A stretch of 64,000 bases of DNA, taken from positions 512,001 to 576,000 of the forward strand of contig CAWAMW010000007.1 of NCBI GenBank assembly GCA_963783305.1, given 5' to 3'. Positions 52,596-62,162 of the stretch are shown piece by piece. This DNA is from an uncultured Gemmatimonadales bacterium. GTDB lineage: Bacteria; Gemmatimonadota; Gemmatimonadetes; Longimicrobiales; RSA9. A program made the translations under genes and the position numbers. Position 1 is the stretch's first letter, and each line of letters starts with the position of its first letter. The notes under the pieces are model-generated. The model had not been told where the DNA came from. It ran no database searches and was given only the letters and a program-made list of their open reading frames with translations.

Positions 52596-53777
52596 ATGGA
52601 CGCGAACGCGCTGATTTTCGACCCGTTCGCCGGGATCAGCGGGGACATGCTCCTCGGTGCCCTGGTGGACCTGGGCCTTCCCGCCGAGTGGCTGGAGGAG
52701 CTCGTGGCTTCGCTGGGCCTGTCCGCATCGGTGGTGGTGGAGCGGTCGGACCGGAGCGGAATCATGTGTAGTCGCGTACGGTTCGTGCTGCCGGAGGAGC
52801 GATCGCATCGTCACCTGGAGGATGTGGTGGCGATCGTGGAGGGCAGCGGGCTGAGCGAGTCGGTGGTGGCCCGGGCTTCCAGGGTGTTCCGGCGGATCGC
52901 GGAAGCGGAGGCGGCGGTCCACGGAGTGGCGGTGGAGCGTGTGCACTTCCACGAGGTGGGCGCACTGGACTCGATCCTGGACGTGCTGTGCGCGGTAGCC
53001 GGCCTCGAGCAGCTGGGCTACGATCCGTGCTTTACGCGGCCGGTGGCAGTGGGGAGCGGGACCGTGGAGATCGAGCACGGCCGGTATCCGCTGCCGGCGC
53101 CAGCGACTGCCCGGCTCCTCGAGGGGCTTCCGGTGCGGGAGACCGGGTATCCCGAGGAGTGCACGACTCCGACCGGCGCAGCGCTGCTGGCGGAGCTGAC
53201 GGGAGGTCGGCGGCCGCCGACAGAGGTGTTGTATGGCCGGAGCGGGTTTGGCGCCGGCACCCGGAATCCGGCAGGACGCCCGAACTGTCTGCGGCTGATC
53301 GAGTGCGTCATCGGGCCCGCATCCGCGGCGGAGCCGATCCACGAGCTGCACGCGGATATCGATGATCTGGCGCCGGAGTATGTGGCGTCGGCACGCGATG
53401 CGCTGTTGAAGGCGGGGGCGCTGGACATCGCGATGTCCAGGGTCGAGATGAAGAAGGGCCGCCTGGGCGTTCGGGTGGAGGCGCTGGTTGCGGCGTCGGC
53501 GCTGGACCGGGTGGTGGAGGCGCTGTTCAGGGCCACGACCACGATCGGGGTTCGCCACTGGCCGGTCGAGCGCGTGACGCTGGAGCGGACGGAGGAGACG
53601 GTGGAGTGGCGCGGCCACTCGATCCGTATGAAAGTTGTGCGGCTGCCCGGTGGAGCGCTGCGCCGGAAGCCTGAATTCGATGACGTCGCCGAGGCGGCGC
53701 GCGAGACGGGGCTCACGCCCTACGAGGTTCGGTTGGAACTGGACGCGAAGGGGCGTGGTACTGCCCCTGATCGGTAA
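52596..53777 (+). CDS. larC: Nickel pincer cofactor nickel insertase LarC (full length)
   Basis: FAGISGDMLLGAL, VHFHEVGALDS, TPTGAA, MKKGR, TTIGVR, KPEFDD. Confidence 0.92.
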   Translation: MDANALIFDPFAGISGDMLLGALVDLGLPAEWLEELVASLGLSASVVVERSDRSGIMCSRVRFVLPEERSHRHLEDVVAIVEGSGLSESVVARASRVFRRIAEAEAAVHGVAVERVHFHEVGALDSILDVLCAVAGLEQLGYDPCFTRPVAVGSGTVEIEHGRYPLPAPATARLLEGLPVRETGYPEECTTPTGAALLAELTGGRRPPTEVLYGRSGFGAGTRNPAGRPNCLRLIECVIGPASAAEPIHELHADIDDLAPEYVASARDALLKAGALDIAMSRVEMKKGRLGVRVEALVAASALDRVVEALFRATTTIGVRHWPVERVTLERTEETVEWRGHSIRMKVVRLPGGALRRKPEFDDVAEAARETGLTPYEVRLELDAKGRGTAPDR

Positions 53778-53820
53778 CAGACGAAAGAGAGGACGTTCCA
53801 TGAAGCAGGAAGTGAGTCCA

Positions 53821-55303
53821 ATGAGTCAGGGCAAGACACTCATTCTGGCGCTGGCGGCGGCCGCACTGGCGGGCTGCGCCTCGGCGGGCGCGGGTCCGGT
53901 CGAGGACGCGACCGGTGTGCAGGAGACGGCGGCGACGCGCTCCGCAACGGTGCACCTGGTGCAGGCGGGGATGCAGGAAGGGGAGGCGGCTACCGCGGAG
54001 TACCAGGAGGCCCACACCGAGGCGATGCGGGCCATCGCGGAAACGCCGGAGAACCCGAAGGCATACCTGGTGGCCGGTCAGGCCGCCGTGGGGCTGCAGG
54101 ACTGGGTGCAGGCGGACACGATGTTCGACCGCGCGCTGTCGCTCAACCCGGGGTACAGCGACCAGATCGAGGCCGAGCGGGAAGCCGGCTGGGTGGTATC
54201 GTACAACCTGGGCGCCGAAGCGCTGAACGACGGTGACCTGGATCGTGCCGCGGAGATGTTCCAGGCGGCGGACCGTCTCTACCAGGGGCGACCGGAGGCG
54301 CGGATCGGACTGGGGTCCCTGTACGTCAACCAGGGTGACCAGGAAGCGGCGGCCGAGAGCTATCTCGGCGCGCTGGAGATCCTGCAGCAGGACGCGCCGG
54401 AGGGGCTCTCGGAGGAGCAGGTGGAGAGCTGGCGTCAGACGCGACAGATCGCCGCGCTGAACGCGGCCGAGCTGCTGGGACAGACGGGGCAGTTCACGAG
54501 GGCCGCCGACGTCCTGGAATCCTACATCCGCGACTACGGCTCCGACCTGGATCCGGCCACCACGCGCCGCGCCCGTACGGCGCTCGCCGGTTTTTACGCC
54601 CAGGCGGGGGAAGCGGAGAAGGCCGAGGCGCTGTACTCCGAGATCCTGGGGCAGGAGGATCTGACCGAGGACGAGTACTTCCAGGCCGCGGTGGGCTTCT
54701 TCAACACTGGCGACTTCGGGCGCGCGGCCGAGTCATTCCGGATGGCCGCCGAGATGAACCCGTACTCGCGGGACGCGCGTCTGAACCTGGTTCAGGCGCT
54801 CTACTCACAGGCGCTCGAGCTCGAGAAGGAAGAGGCCGCGCCGGAGCGGGACGCGCAGCTGACGGAGATCTATGAGGAGATCCAGGAGGTCGGCTCCGAC
54901 GTCCGCGAAGTCGACCCGCTGAACCGGAACCTCATGAGCTTCGTGCTGCGGTCGTTCCGGTCCCTGGCCGACATCGACCCGACGAGCGCCGCCCGCCTCA
55001 ACCAGCGGGCGCAGACCATGGTTCGGGAGTATCAGAACCAGCCGTTCGAGCTGTCGGATGTTCGGGTGGACATGATCAACGACACCGAGGCCCGCATCTC
55101 CGGCACGCTCACGAACCTGAACGCAACCGCCGGCTCGACCGGCACGGCTGCGTTTCGAGCTCGTGAACGCGCAGGGTGTGGTGGTGGGATCGACCACGAT
55201 CGAGGCCGCGGCGCCGGCCGCGGAGGAGAGCGTGTCCTTCACCGAGACGACGGCGGTGCAGGGCGGCGGGTTCGCCGGCTGGCGCTATCAGCTGGTGCAG
55301 TAG
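53821..55303 (+). CDS. TPR lipoprotein with C-terminal Ig-like (FxLYD-like) domain; 1-nt frameshift near 55141
   Basis: Lipobox LAGC, TPR helices; plausible C-terminus continues in +1 frame (ARLRFELVNAQGVVVGSTT...AGWRYQLVQ*) to TAG 55301-55303; alternative start 53800. Confidence 0.75.
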
Positions 55304-55334
55304 AGACCCGACACCAGCCGCTCGAAAGAGTGGA

Positions 55335-55373
55335 ACGAGGGGGGCGCGGACTGTCGGTCCGCGCCCCCCTCGT
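55335..55373 (+). terminator. Hairpin after the TPR lipoprotein
   Basis: Perfect 17-bp stem ACGAGGGGGGCGCGGAC / GTCCGCGCCCCCCTCGT with 5-nt loop. Confidence 0.75.
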
Positions 55374-55444
55374 GCTGTCTTCGGACGTGTATGGTTCTTG
55401 CACTCCTGCCCGGCGGCAGTCCATCCACCCCCGAAAGCGAACTC

Positions 55445-56053
55445 ATGACCGAATGCACGGAGTGCGGCGCGCGGATCGCCGAAGGGCACGCCAGCTGTCC
55501 CAGCTGCGGGAAAGACCTGCGGGAGAAGACGCGTCGCTGTGACCAGTGTGAGGAGACCATCGCGCACGACGCGGATACCTGTCCCGCCTGCGGTCACCTG
55601 GCCACGCCCGCCCGGTGCGACCGTCACCCCGACCGCGAGGCTCCCGGCCGTTGCGCGCTCTGCGGCACGGCGGTGTGCGAGGAATGCGACGCGGGCACGA
55701 AGATCTACCACAAGTGCGGTGAGCACGCGGACGTGAACGTCATCGAGGGGTGGGCGGAGGTCCTGGCGATCCCGGACGAGGTCGAGGCGCGGCTCATCGA
55801 GGAGAACCTGAGGGCGGAGGGGATCGAGTCGAGGATCCTGTCGCAGAAGGACCATTCGGCCTTCCCGGTGGAGTTCGGCGACCTGGCGCGGGTGCGGTTG
55901 CTCGTGCCCACATACGCCTACCAAGAGGCCGACCGGGTGCTGGCCGCGCACCGGGACGCGGTGGGCGAGGTGAGCTTCGGGTGCCCGAACTGCGGCGAAC
56001 CCTACGAAGAGTCGGAGTCGGTCTGCTCGCAGTGCGGCGAAGCGCTGGTCTGA
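55445..56053 (+). CDS. Multi-zinc-finger protein with DUF2007 (PII-like) domain
   Basis: Double zinc ribbon, B-box-like CxxH...CxxC...CxxC, EARLIEENLRAEGIES...VRLLVP, C-terminal CPNC...CSQC. Confidence 0.8.
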   Translation: MTECTECGARIAEGHASCPSCGKDLREKTRRCDQCEETIAHDADTCPACGHLATPARCDRHPDREAPGRCALCGTAVCEECDAGTKIYHKCGEHADVNVIEGWAEVLAIPDEVEARLIEENLRAEGIESRILSQKDHSAFPVEFGDLARVRLLVPTYAYQEADRVLAAHRDAVGEVSFGCPNCGEPYEESESVCSQCGEALV

Positions 56054-56109
56054 GGCGAAACCCGGGCGCTCCTGCAGGGTAGACGGAGTGGGGAGGGCGC
56101 GGTCCGCGG

Positions 56110-56138
56110 TTGAGGTCGACGAGCCCCGCCCGTATCTT
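56110..56138 (+). promoter_or_regulatory. Possible promoter of the DUF512-der-plsY-gpsA operon
   Basis: TTGAGG, 17 bp, TATCTT. Confidence 0.5.
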
Positions 56139-56208
56139 TAGGGGCTATAGACGCTCGTATGTGCACGCGAGGGCGGTCTCCGGGCCGCCCTTCGTCATGA
56201 GGAAGAAC

Positions 56209-57477
56209 ATGGTCCGCATCGCGGAAATCCTGCCCGACAGTATCGCCGACGAGCTCCAGCTCAGGATCGGCAGCCGGATCGTCCGGATCAACGGCGATCC
56301 GGTGCGTGACGCCATCGATTTCCGGTTCATGGAGTCCGATGGTCTGCTGGAGATCGAGGTGCAGGACCCCGACGGCGCGGGGGTCCTCTACGACATCGAG
56401 AAGCCGGCGGGCGAAGCACTGGGCGTGGTCCCGGCGCCGGACGCGGTGCGGGAGTGCGCGAACAAGTGCGTCTTCTGCTTCATCGACGGTAATCCTGAGC
56501 ATGTGCGGCAGTCGCTGTACCTGCGCGATGATGATTTCCGCCTGTCGTTCACCTACGGCAGCTACGTCACGCTGACGAACCTGGGCCCGCGCGGGTTCCA
56601 GCGGCTCATCGACCAGAAGCTGTCCCCGCTGTACGTGAGTGTCCACGCGACAGAGCCGGAGGTCCGGATGCGGTTGCTGGGCGTGCCGCGGGGTGGAGAC
56701 ATCGTGGAAAAGCTGACGGAGCTGACGGAGGCGGGGATCGAGGTCCATACGCAGGTGGTGCTCTGTCCTGAATGGAACGACGGCGCGCATCTGGACCGGA
56801 CCCTGGACGACCTGTGGGCCCTCGGCCCGAACGTCCTCTCCATCTCGGTGGTGCCGGTGGGCCTCACGCGCTACAACCTGGAGCGGCCCGTGCGCCTCCT
56901 CCGGCCGGAGGAGGCGGGAGCGGCCATCGAGCAGGTGGAGGCGGGGCGGGAGCGGGCTTTCCGGGAGCGCGGAATTGGCTGGGCCTATGCCGGGGACGAA
57001 ATGTTCCTCGCCGCGGGTCGATCCGTGCCCGACCACGCCTACTACGACGACTGGCCGCTGACGGAGAACGGGGTGGGGTCGGTGCGGCAGTTCCTGACCG
57101 ACGCCGCCGCGGTGGAGGCGGACCCGCCGGAGCTGAAAGGTCGCCGGATCGCCATCGTGACGGGGGCGCGGATGGGTGAGGTCATGGCGCCGCTCGTGGC
57201 GCCGCTGTCGAGGGCGACCGGTGCGGAGCTTGTGCTGCTGGCGGTGGAGAACCGGCTGTTCGGCAGCAGCGTGACGACGGCCGGCCTGCTGGCGGGAGAG
57301 GACATGCGGGACGCGATCCTGGAAGCGGGGCCGTTCGACGGCGTCCTCATCCCGGCGGAGACGCTGAACGACGACCTGCTCTTCATCGACAGCCTTCCCT
57401 ATGACGATCTGGTGGCGGCGGTGGCCGCGCCGGTGGTACCGGCGCACGAGCTGTCGTCGGGGCTGGGATCGCTATGA
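56209..57477 (+). CDS. PDZ + radical-SAM-like DUF512 protein
   Basis: N-terminal PDZ, CANKCVFC, DDDFRLSF, GSYVTLTN, ENGVG. Confidence 0.9.
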   Translation: MVRIAEILPDSIADELQLRIGSRIVRINGDPVRDAIDFRFMESDGLLEIEVQDPDGAGVLYDIEKPAGEALGVVPAPDAVRECANKCVFCFIDGNPEHVRQSLYLRDDDFRLSFTYGSYVTLTNLGPRGFQRLIDQKLSPLYVSVHATEPEVRMRLLGVPRGGDIVEKLTELTEAGIEVHTQVVLCPEWNDGAHLDRTLDDLWALGPNVLSISVVPVGLTRYNLERPVRLLRPEEAGAAIEQVEAGRERAFRERGIGWAYAGDEMFLAAGRSVPDHAYYDDWPLTENGVGSVRQFLTDAAAVEADPPELKGRRIAIVTGARMGEVMAPLVAPLSRATGAELVLLAVENRLFGSSVTTAGLLAGEDMRDAILEAGPFDGVLIPAETLNDDLLFIDSLPYDDLVAAVAAPVVPAHELSSGLGSL

Positions 57478-58799
57478 GTCGCGCACTGCCATCGGTGGCC
57501 GTGGTGGGCCGGCCGAACGTGGGGAAGTCCACGCTCTTCAACCGCGTGATCGGCCGCAGGCTGGCGATCGTCGAGGATACGCCGGGCGTGACCCGGGACC
57601 GGAACTTTGCCCGCGGCGAATGGAACGGGCGCGAGTTCTACATCGTGGACACGGGCGGCCTCGAGCCGGACGTGGACGAGCCGATGGCTGCGGCGATCCG
57701 CCGCCAGGTCGAGGCGGCGCTGGCGGAAGCGGAGGTGATCGCGTTCGTCGTGGACACGCAGGCGGGCGTGCATCCGCTGGACCTCAAGATCGCCGGCATC
57801 CTGCGGAAGACGGACGTACCGGTCGTGCTGGTGGTGAACAAGGTGGACCGGCTGCCGGAGGACCTGAGCTACCTCGACTTCTGGGAGCTGGGACTGGGCG
57901 AGCCGCGCCCGGTGAGCGCGCTGTCCGGGAAGGGCTCCGGGGACGTGCTGGACGAGATCGTCTCGCTCCTCCCGGAATCGACGGAGGTTCCGGAAGAAAC
58001 GCTGTCGGTGGCGGTGATCGGAAAGCCGAACGTGGGCAAGTCGAGCTTCATCAACCGACTGCTGGGTGAGGAGCGACTGGTGGTGAGCGACACGGCCGGG
58101 ACCACCCGCGACGCCGTGGACACGCCCATGCGCTATCACGGCCGCAGCCTGATGTTCGTGGACACGGCCGGGCTGCGCCGGCAGAGCCAGATCCACGAGA
58201 GTCTGGAGTTCTACAGCGCGCTGCGGACCGAGCGGGCGGTGGAGCGGGCGGACGTGTGCCTGCTGCTGGTGGACGGCACGGAGCCGATCCACGTTCAGGA
58301 CCTGAAGATCGCGGAGAAGGCGTGGGACGCCGGCTGTGGTCTGGTGGTGGTGGTGAACAAGTGGGACCTGGTGGAGAAGGACACGATGACGGCGCCGGCG
58401 TTCGAACGGCAGCTGCGGGAGCGCGCGCCGTCGCTGCGGTGGGTGCCGGTGATCTTCACATCGGCCGTCAGCGGACAGCGGGTGCAGCGCACGCTGGAGG
58501 TGCTGCTGAAGGTGGCGGATGAGCGTGCCCGGCGCGTCCCCACGGCGGAGGTGAACGAGGTCATTGGGGAGCTGGCGGCCCGTCAGCCCCCGCCCCATTT
58601 TCGAGGGCACTCGCTCAAGATCTTCTACGCGACTCAGGGCGGGGTGAAGCCGCCGACGTTCGTGATCTTCGTGAACCAGCGCGAGGGCGTAACCGAGAAC
58701 TACCGCCGCTACCTCCATAACGGGTTCCGTGACCGGTGGGGGTTCATGGGCGTGCCGCTGAGGCTCAAATTCCGCAGCCGGGCCGAGGTGCGCAGGTGA
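57474..58799 (+). CDS. der: Ribosome biogenesis GTPase Der (EngA)
   Basis: Two GTPase domains ([16 protein letters not shown]), C-terminal KH-like domain. Confidence 0.97.
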   Translation: MSRALPSVAVVGRPNVGKSTLFNRVIGRRLAIVEDTPGVTRDRNFARGEWNGREFYIVDTGGLEPDVDEPMAAAIRRQVEAALAEAEVIAFVVDTQAGVHPLDLKIAGILRKTDVPVVLVVNKVDRLPEDLSYLDFWELGLGEPRPVSALSGKGSGDVLDEIVSLLPESTEVPEETLSVAVIGKPNVGKSSFINRLLGEERLVVSDTAGTTRDAVDTPMRYHGRSLMFVDTAGLRRQSQIHESLEFYSALRTERAVERADVCLLLVDGTEPIHVQDLKIAEKAWDAGCGLVVVVNKWDLVEKDTMTAPAFERQLRERAPSLRWVPVIFTSAVSGQRVQRTLEVLLKVADERARRVPTAEVNEVIGELAARQPPPHFRGHSLKIFYATQGGVKPPTFVIFVNQREGVTENYRRYLHNGFRDRWGFMGVPLRLKFRSRAEVRR

Positions 58800-59398
58800 C
58801 CTGGCTCTTCCTCGGTCTCTCCTACCTCCTCGGTTCCATCCCCACCAGCCATGTCGTGGGCCGGGTGGTCCACGGAGTGGACCTCAAGAAGCACGGCAGC
58901 GGGAACCTGGGTGCGACCAACACCTTCCGGGTCCTGGGGTGGCGGGCTGCGGTCCCGGTGATCCTGGTGGACGTGGCGAAGGGCTGGGTTCCCGCCGCCT
59001 TCTTCCCCATCTGGGACGGCACGGCCCCGCCGGAGTGGGCGCTGGCGTACGGGGCCGTCGCCATCCTGGGGCACGTCTTCAGCGTGTTCGTGGCCTTCCG
59101 GGGGGGGAAGGGCGTGGCCACGAGCGCGGGGGTCTTCATGGCGCTGGCCCCCTGGGCGGTTCTGATCGCGGCGCTGGTCTGGCTGGTGGTGGTCGTGCTC
59201 ACGCGGACCGTGTCGCTCGGCTCGCTTCTGGCAGCGGTAGTGCTGCCGCTGGCGGTGTACGCCACGGGAGAGCCGCGGATCGAGTTGTGGCTGTCGTTGG
59301 GGCTGGCGAGCTTCGTAATCTACGCCCACCGGAGCAACATCAGGCGACTGCTGAGGGGCGAAGAGAGCCGATTCACGCGGGTCAGGGAGAAGATCTAG
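58796..59398 (+). CDS. plsY: Glycerol-3-phosphate acyltransferase PlsY
   Basis: YLLGSIP, GSGNLGATN, FRGGKGVAT, HRSNIRRL. Confidence 0.96.
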   Translation: MTWLFLGLSYLLGSIPTSHVVGRVVHGVDLKKHGSGNLGATNTFRVLGWRAAVPVILVDVAKGWVPAAFFPIWDGTAPPEWALAYGAVAILGHVFSVFVAFRGGKGVATSAGVFMALAPWAVLIAALVWLVVVVLTRTVSLGSLLAAVVLPLAVYATGEPRIELWLSLGLASFVIYAHRSNIRRLLRGEESRFTRVREKI

Positions 59399-60409
59399 AT
59401 GAGTGAGCGGATCGGGGTCGTAGGGGCGGGAAGCTGGGGCACGACGCTGGCGAACCTGCTGGCGCGCAACGGGAACGAGGTGGTTCTCTGGTCGTTCGAG
59501 GAGGACGTCACGGCCGCCATCGCGGACTCGGGTCAGAACAGCGTTTACCTCCCTGGCATCGACCTTTCGAAGAACCTCACGGCCACGTCCGATCTGGCCG
59601 TCGCGATGGGCGACAGCGACGTAATCCTGTCGGTGAGTCCATCGCAGCACGTCCGCGGCGTAATGAAGCAGGCGGCGCCGCATATTCGGGAGGACGCGCT
59701 GATCGTGAGCGCCTCGAAGGGCATCGAGACGCGGACGCTGGAGACGATGGCGGAAGTGCTGGAAGAGGCCCTCCCCCGGACCCGAGCCCGTCAGCACTGC
59801 TTCCTCTCCGGCCCGAGCTTCGCCGCCGAGGTAGCCCGGGATCACCCCACGGCGGTGACCGTGGCCAGCCGTGACTCCCAGGCGGCCAAGCGGGCGCAGG
59901 AGCTCTTCCAGGCCGATTACTTCCGGGTGTACACCAGCCACGACGTCACGGGCGTGGAGCTCGGGGGGGCGCTCAAGAACGTGATGGCGCTCGCCGCGGG
60001 CATGGTGGCGGGGCTTGGCTTCGGCCACAACACGATGGCCGCGCTCATCACCCGCGGACTGGCGGAGCTGACGCGTCTTTCGCTCGCCATGGGGGCGAGC
60101 GAGCGGACTCTGGCGGGGCTCTCCGGGATGGGCGACCTGATCCTGACCTGCACGGGCGACCTGAGCCGGAACCGTACGGTGGGCGTGGAGCTCGGGAAGG
60201 GCCGCACGCTGAACGAGGTGCTCGGCGAGATGCGGATGGTGGCGGAGGGCGTGGAAACCACACGGGCGACGCACGAGCTGGCGGGGCGCGAGGGGATCGA
60301 CATGCCGATCGTGGCACAGGTGCACGCGGTGCTGTTCGAGGAGCGGTCGCCGGCCGAGGCCGTGCGCACGCTCATGCTGCGGGAGCCGAAGCCGGAGTTC
60401 TGGGCGTGA
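59399..60409 (+). CDS. gpsA: NAD(P)H-dependent glycerol-3-phosphate dehydrogenase
   Basis: GAGSWGT, SKGIE, SGPSFA, GALKN, GDLILTC...SRN. Confidence 0.96.
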   Translation: MSERIGVVGAGSWGTTLANLLARNGNEVVLWSFEEDVTAAIADSGQNSVYLPGIDLSKNLTATSDLAVAMGDSDVILSVSPSQHVRGVMKQAAPHIREDALIVSASKGIETRTLETMAEVLEEALPRTRARQHCFLSGPSFAAEVARDHPTAVTVASRDSQAAKRAQELFQADYFRVYTSHDVTGVELGGALKNVMALAAGMVAGLGFGHNTMAALITRGLAELTRLSLAMGASERTLAGLSGMGDLILTCTGDLSRNRTVGVELGKGRTLNEVLGEMRMVAEGVETTRATHELAGREGIDMPIVAQVHAVLFEERSPAEAVRTLMLREPKPEFWA

Positions 60410-60771
60410 GCGACCGTCCGATCATCCGGAAGGAGTACTACTCCATCGGAGAGGTCTGCGATCTGGTGGACCTGAAGCCGCACGTTTTGCGGTACTGGGA
60501 GAGCCAGTTCCCGCCGCTCAAGCCCTCCAAGAACCGGGCGGGAAACCGCGTCTATCAGCGGAAGGAGATCCGGCTGATCATCCTGGTGAAGCGGCTGCTC
60601 TACCACGAGAAGTACACCATCGAAGGGGCGCGGCAGCAGGTCGAGGAGCTGCGGAAGGGCGACAATTTCGATGAGGAGACGCGCGAGACGCTGGACGAGG
60701 CCACGGTGGACGAGGCCCGTAGTGAGCTGCGGGCGATCCTGCGTCTTCTCGAGGGCGAGCCGGTGAGCTGA
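60406..60771 (+). CDS. MerR-family HTH regulator
   Basis: YYSIGEV...HVLRYWE...NRVY...YTIEGAR. Confidence 0.92.
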   Translation: MSDRPIIRKEYYSIGEVCDLVDLKPHVLRYWESQFPPLKPSKNRAGNRVYQRKEIRLIILVKRLLYHEKYTIEGARQQVEELRKGDNFDEETRETLDEATVDEARSELRAILRLLEGEPVS

Positions 60772-61517
60772 TGCGGATCCTCGTGACGAACGACGACGGC
60801 TACCTCGCCCCGGGGATCCGGGCGCTGGCGGAGGCCGCCGCTACGTTGGGCGACGTGCATGTGGTGGCGCCGGACCGGGAGCAGAGCGCCACCAGCCACT
60901 CGCTGACAATGCACCACCCGCTGCGGGTGCGTGCGGTGCGCGACGCGCAGGTGGTGGATGGCACGCCCACGGACTGCGTGGTCCTGGCGCTCGGCGAGCT
61001 CATGGACGCTCCGCCAGACATGGTCCTGTCCGGCATCAACCACGGCTCCAACCTGGGCGATGACGTCCTGTACTCGGGGACCGTGGCGGGGGCGATGGAG
61101 GCCACTCTGCTCGGGATCCCGGCGGTGGCCGTATCGTACGCGGGGCGCGACCCGGAAGAGATCGAGCCGTGGACGCCGACCGTGGCCCGGCTCCTGCGCC
61201 GGATCGTGGAGCGCGAGGGGTTTCCGGAGGAGACCCTCCTGAACGTCAATCTACCCCCGCTCCCGCCGGACCAGATGAAGGGAGTGCGGGTCACGCGCCT
61301 CGGTCGTCGAGCCTACGACAATTCGCTGACCCGGGCCCTCGACCCGAACGGCCGCGAGTATTTCTGGATCGGCGGAGGAGAGAGTCGGTGGTGGGGAGAT
61401 GACGACTCCGATTTCCGCGCGATCCGGGACGGCTACATTTCCGTGACCCCCCTCCACCTCGACCTGACGAATTTCGAGCTGCTGACCGAGATCAGAGACT
61501 GGGGGCTGGGCACATGA
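60771..61517 (+). CDS. surE: 5'/3'-nucleotidase SurE
   Basis: ILVTNDDG, GTPTDCV, SGINHGSNLG, YSGTV, SVTPL. Confidence 0.96.
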   Translation: MRILVTNDDGYLAPGIRALAEAAATLGDVHVVAPDREQSATSHSLTMHHPLRVRAVRDAQVVDGTPTDCVVLALGELMDAPPDMVLSGINHGSNLGDDVLYSGTVAGAMEATLLGIPAVAVSYAGRDPEEIEPWTPTVARLLRRIVEREGFPEETLLNVNLPPLPPDQMKGVRVTRLGRRAYDNSLTRALDPNGREYFWIGGGESRWWGDDDSDFRAIRDGYISVTPLHLDLTNFELLTEIRDWGLGT

Positions 61518-62162
61518 GCGACCGGTATGAGCGCAAGCGACGTCGTCTCGTAGACCAGAATGCGGGAGAAGGGGATCGAGGATCCGCGCGTGCTGCAAGC
61601 CGTCCAGGCCGTTCCGCGGGACCGGTTCGTCCCGGAGTCGATCCGATCGAGGTCGTACGACGACTCGGCGCTGCCCATCGGCCACGGCCAGACCATCTCG
61701 CAGCCGTCCCTGCAGGCGCTCTACCTGCAGGTCCTCGAGGTGGGGCCGAACGACAAGGTGCTGGAGGTGGGAGCCGGCAGCGGGTACCAGACCGCGTTGC
61801 TGGCGGAGGTGGCGGCGAACGTCTACGCCGTCGAGCGGCTACCGGAGCTGACGCAGAGGGCGCGGGCGGTGCTGGACGAGCTCGGGTACCAGAACATTGC
61901 GCTGGTCACGAAGGACGGGACGACGGGGTGGTCCAGGTACGCGCCCTACGACGCGATCCTGGTCGCGGCCGCGTCGCCCGACGTGCCGGACGCGCTGGTG
62001 GATCAGCTCGCCCCCGGCGGTCGGCTGCTGATCCCCGTGGGGGACCGGGGCACACAGGAGCTGACGCTGGTCCAGAAGAACGAGGATGGCACCCTGGAAC
62101 GCCGCGGGATCACGCAGTGCGTGTTCGTCCCGCTCATCGGCCGGTTCGGGTGGTCCGAGTGA
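61514..62162 (+). CDS. pcm: Protein-L-isoaspartate O-methyltransferase; extra base at ~61559 splits the N-terminus
   Basis: MSDRYERKRRRLVDQ (frame of 61514) joins MREKGIEDPRVL (frame of 61560); GQTISQP, LEVGAGSGYQ, FVPL. Confidence 0.88.
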
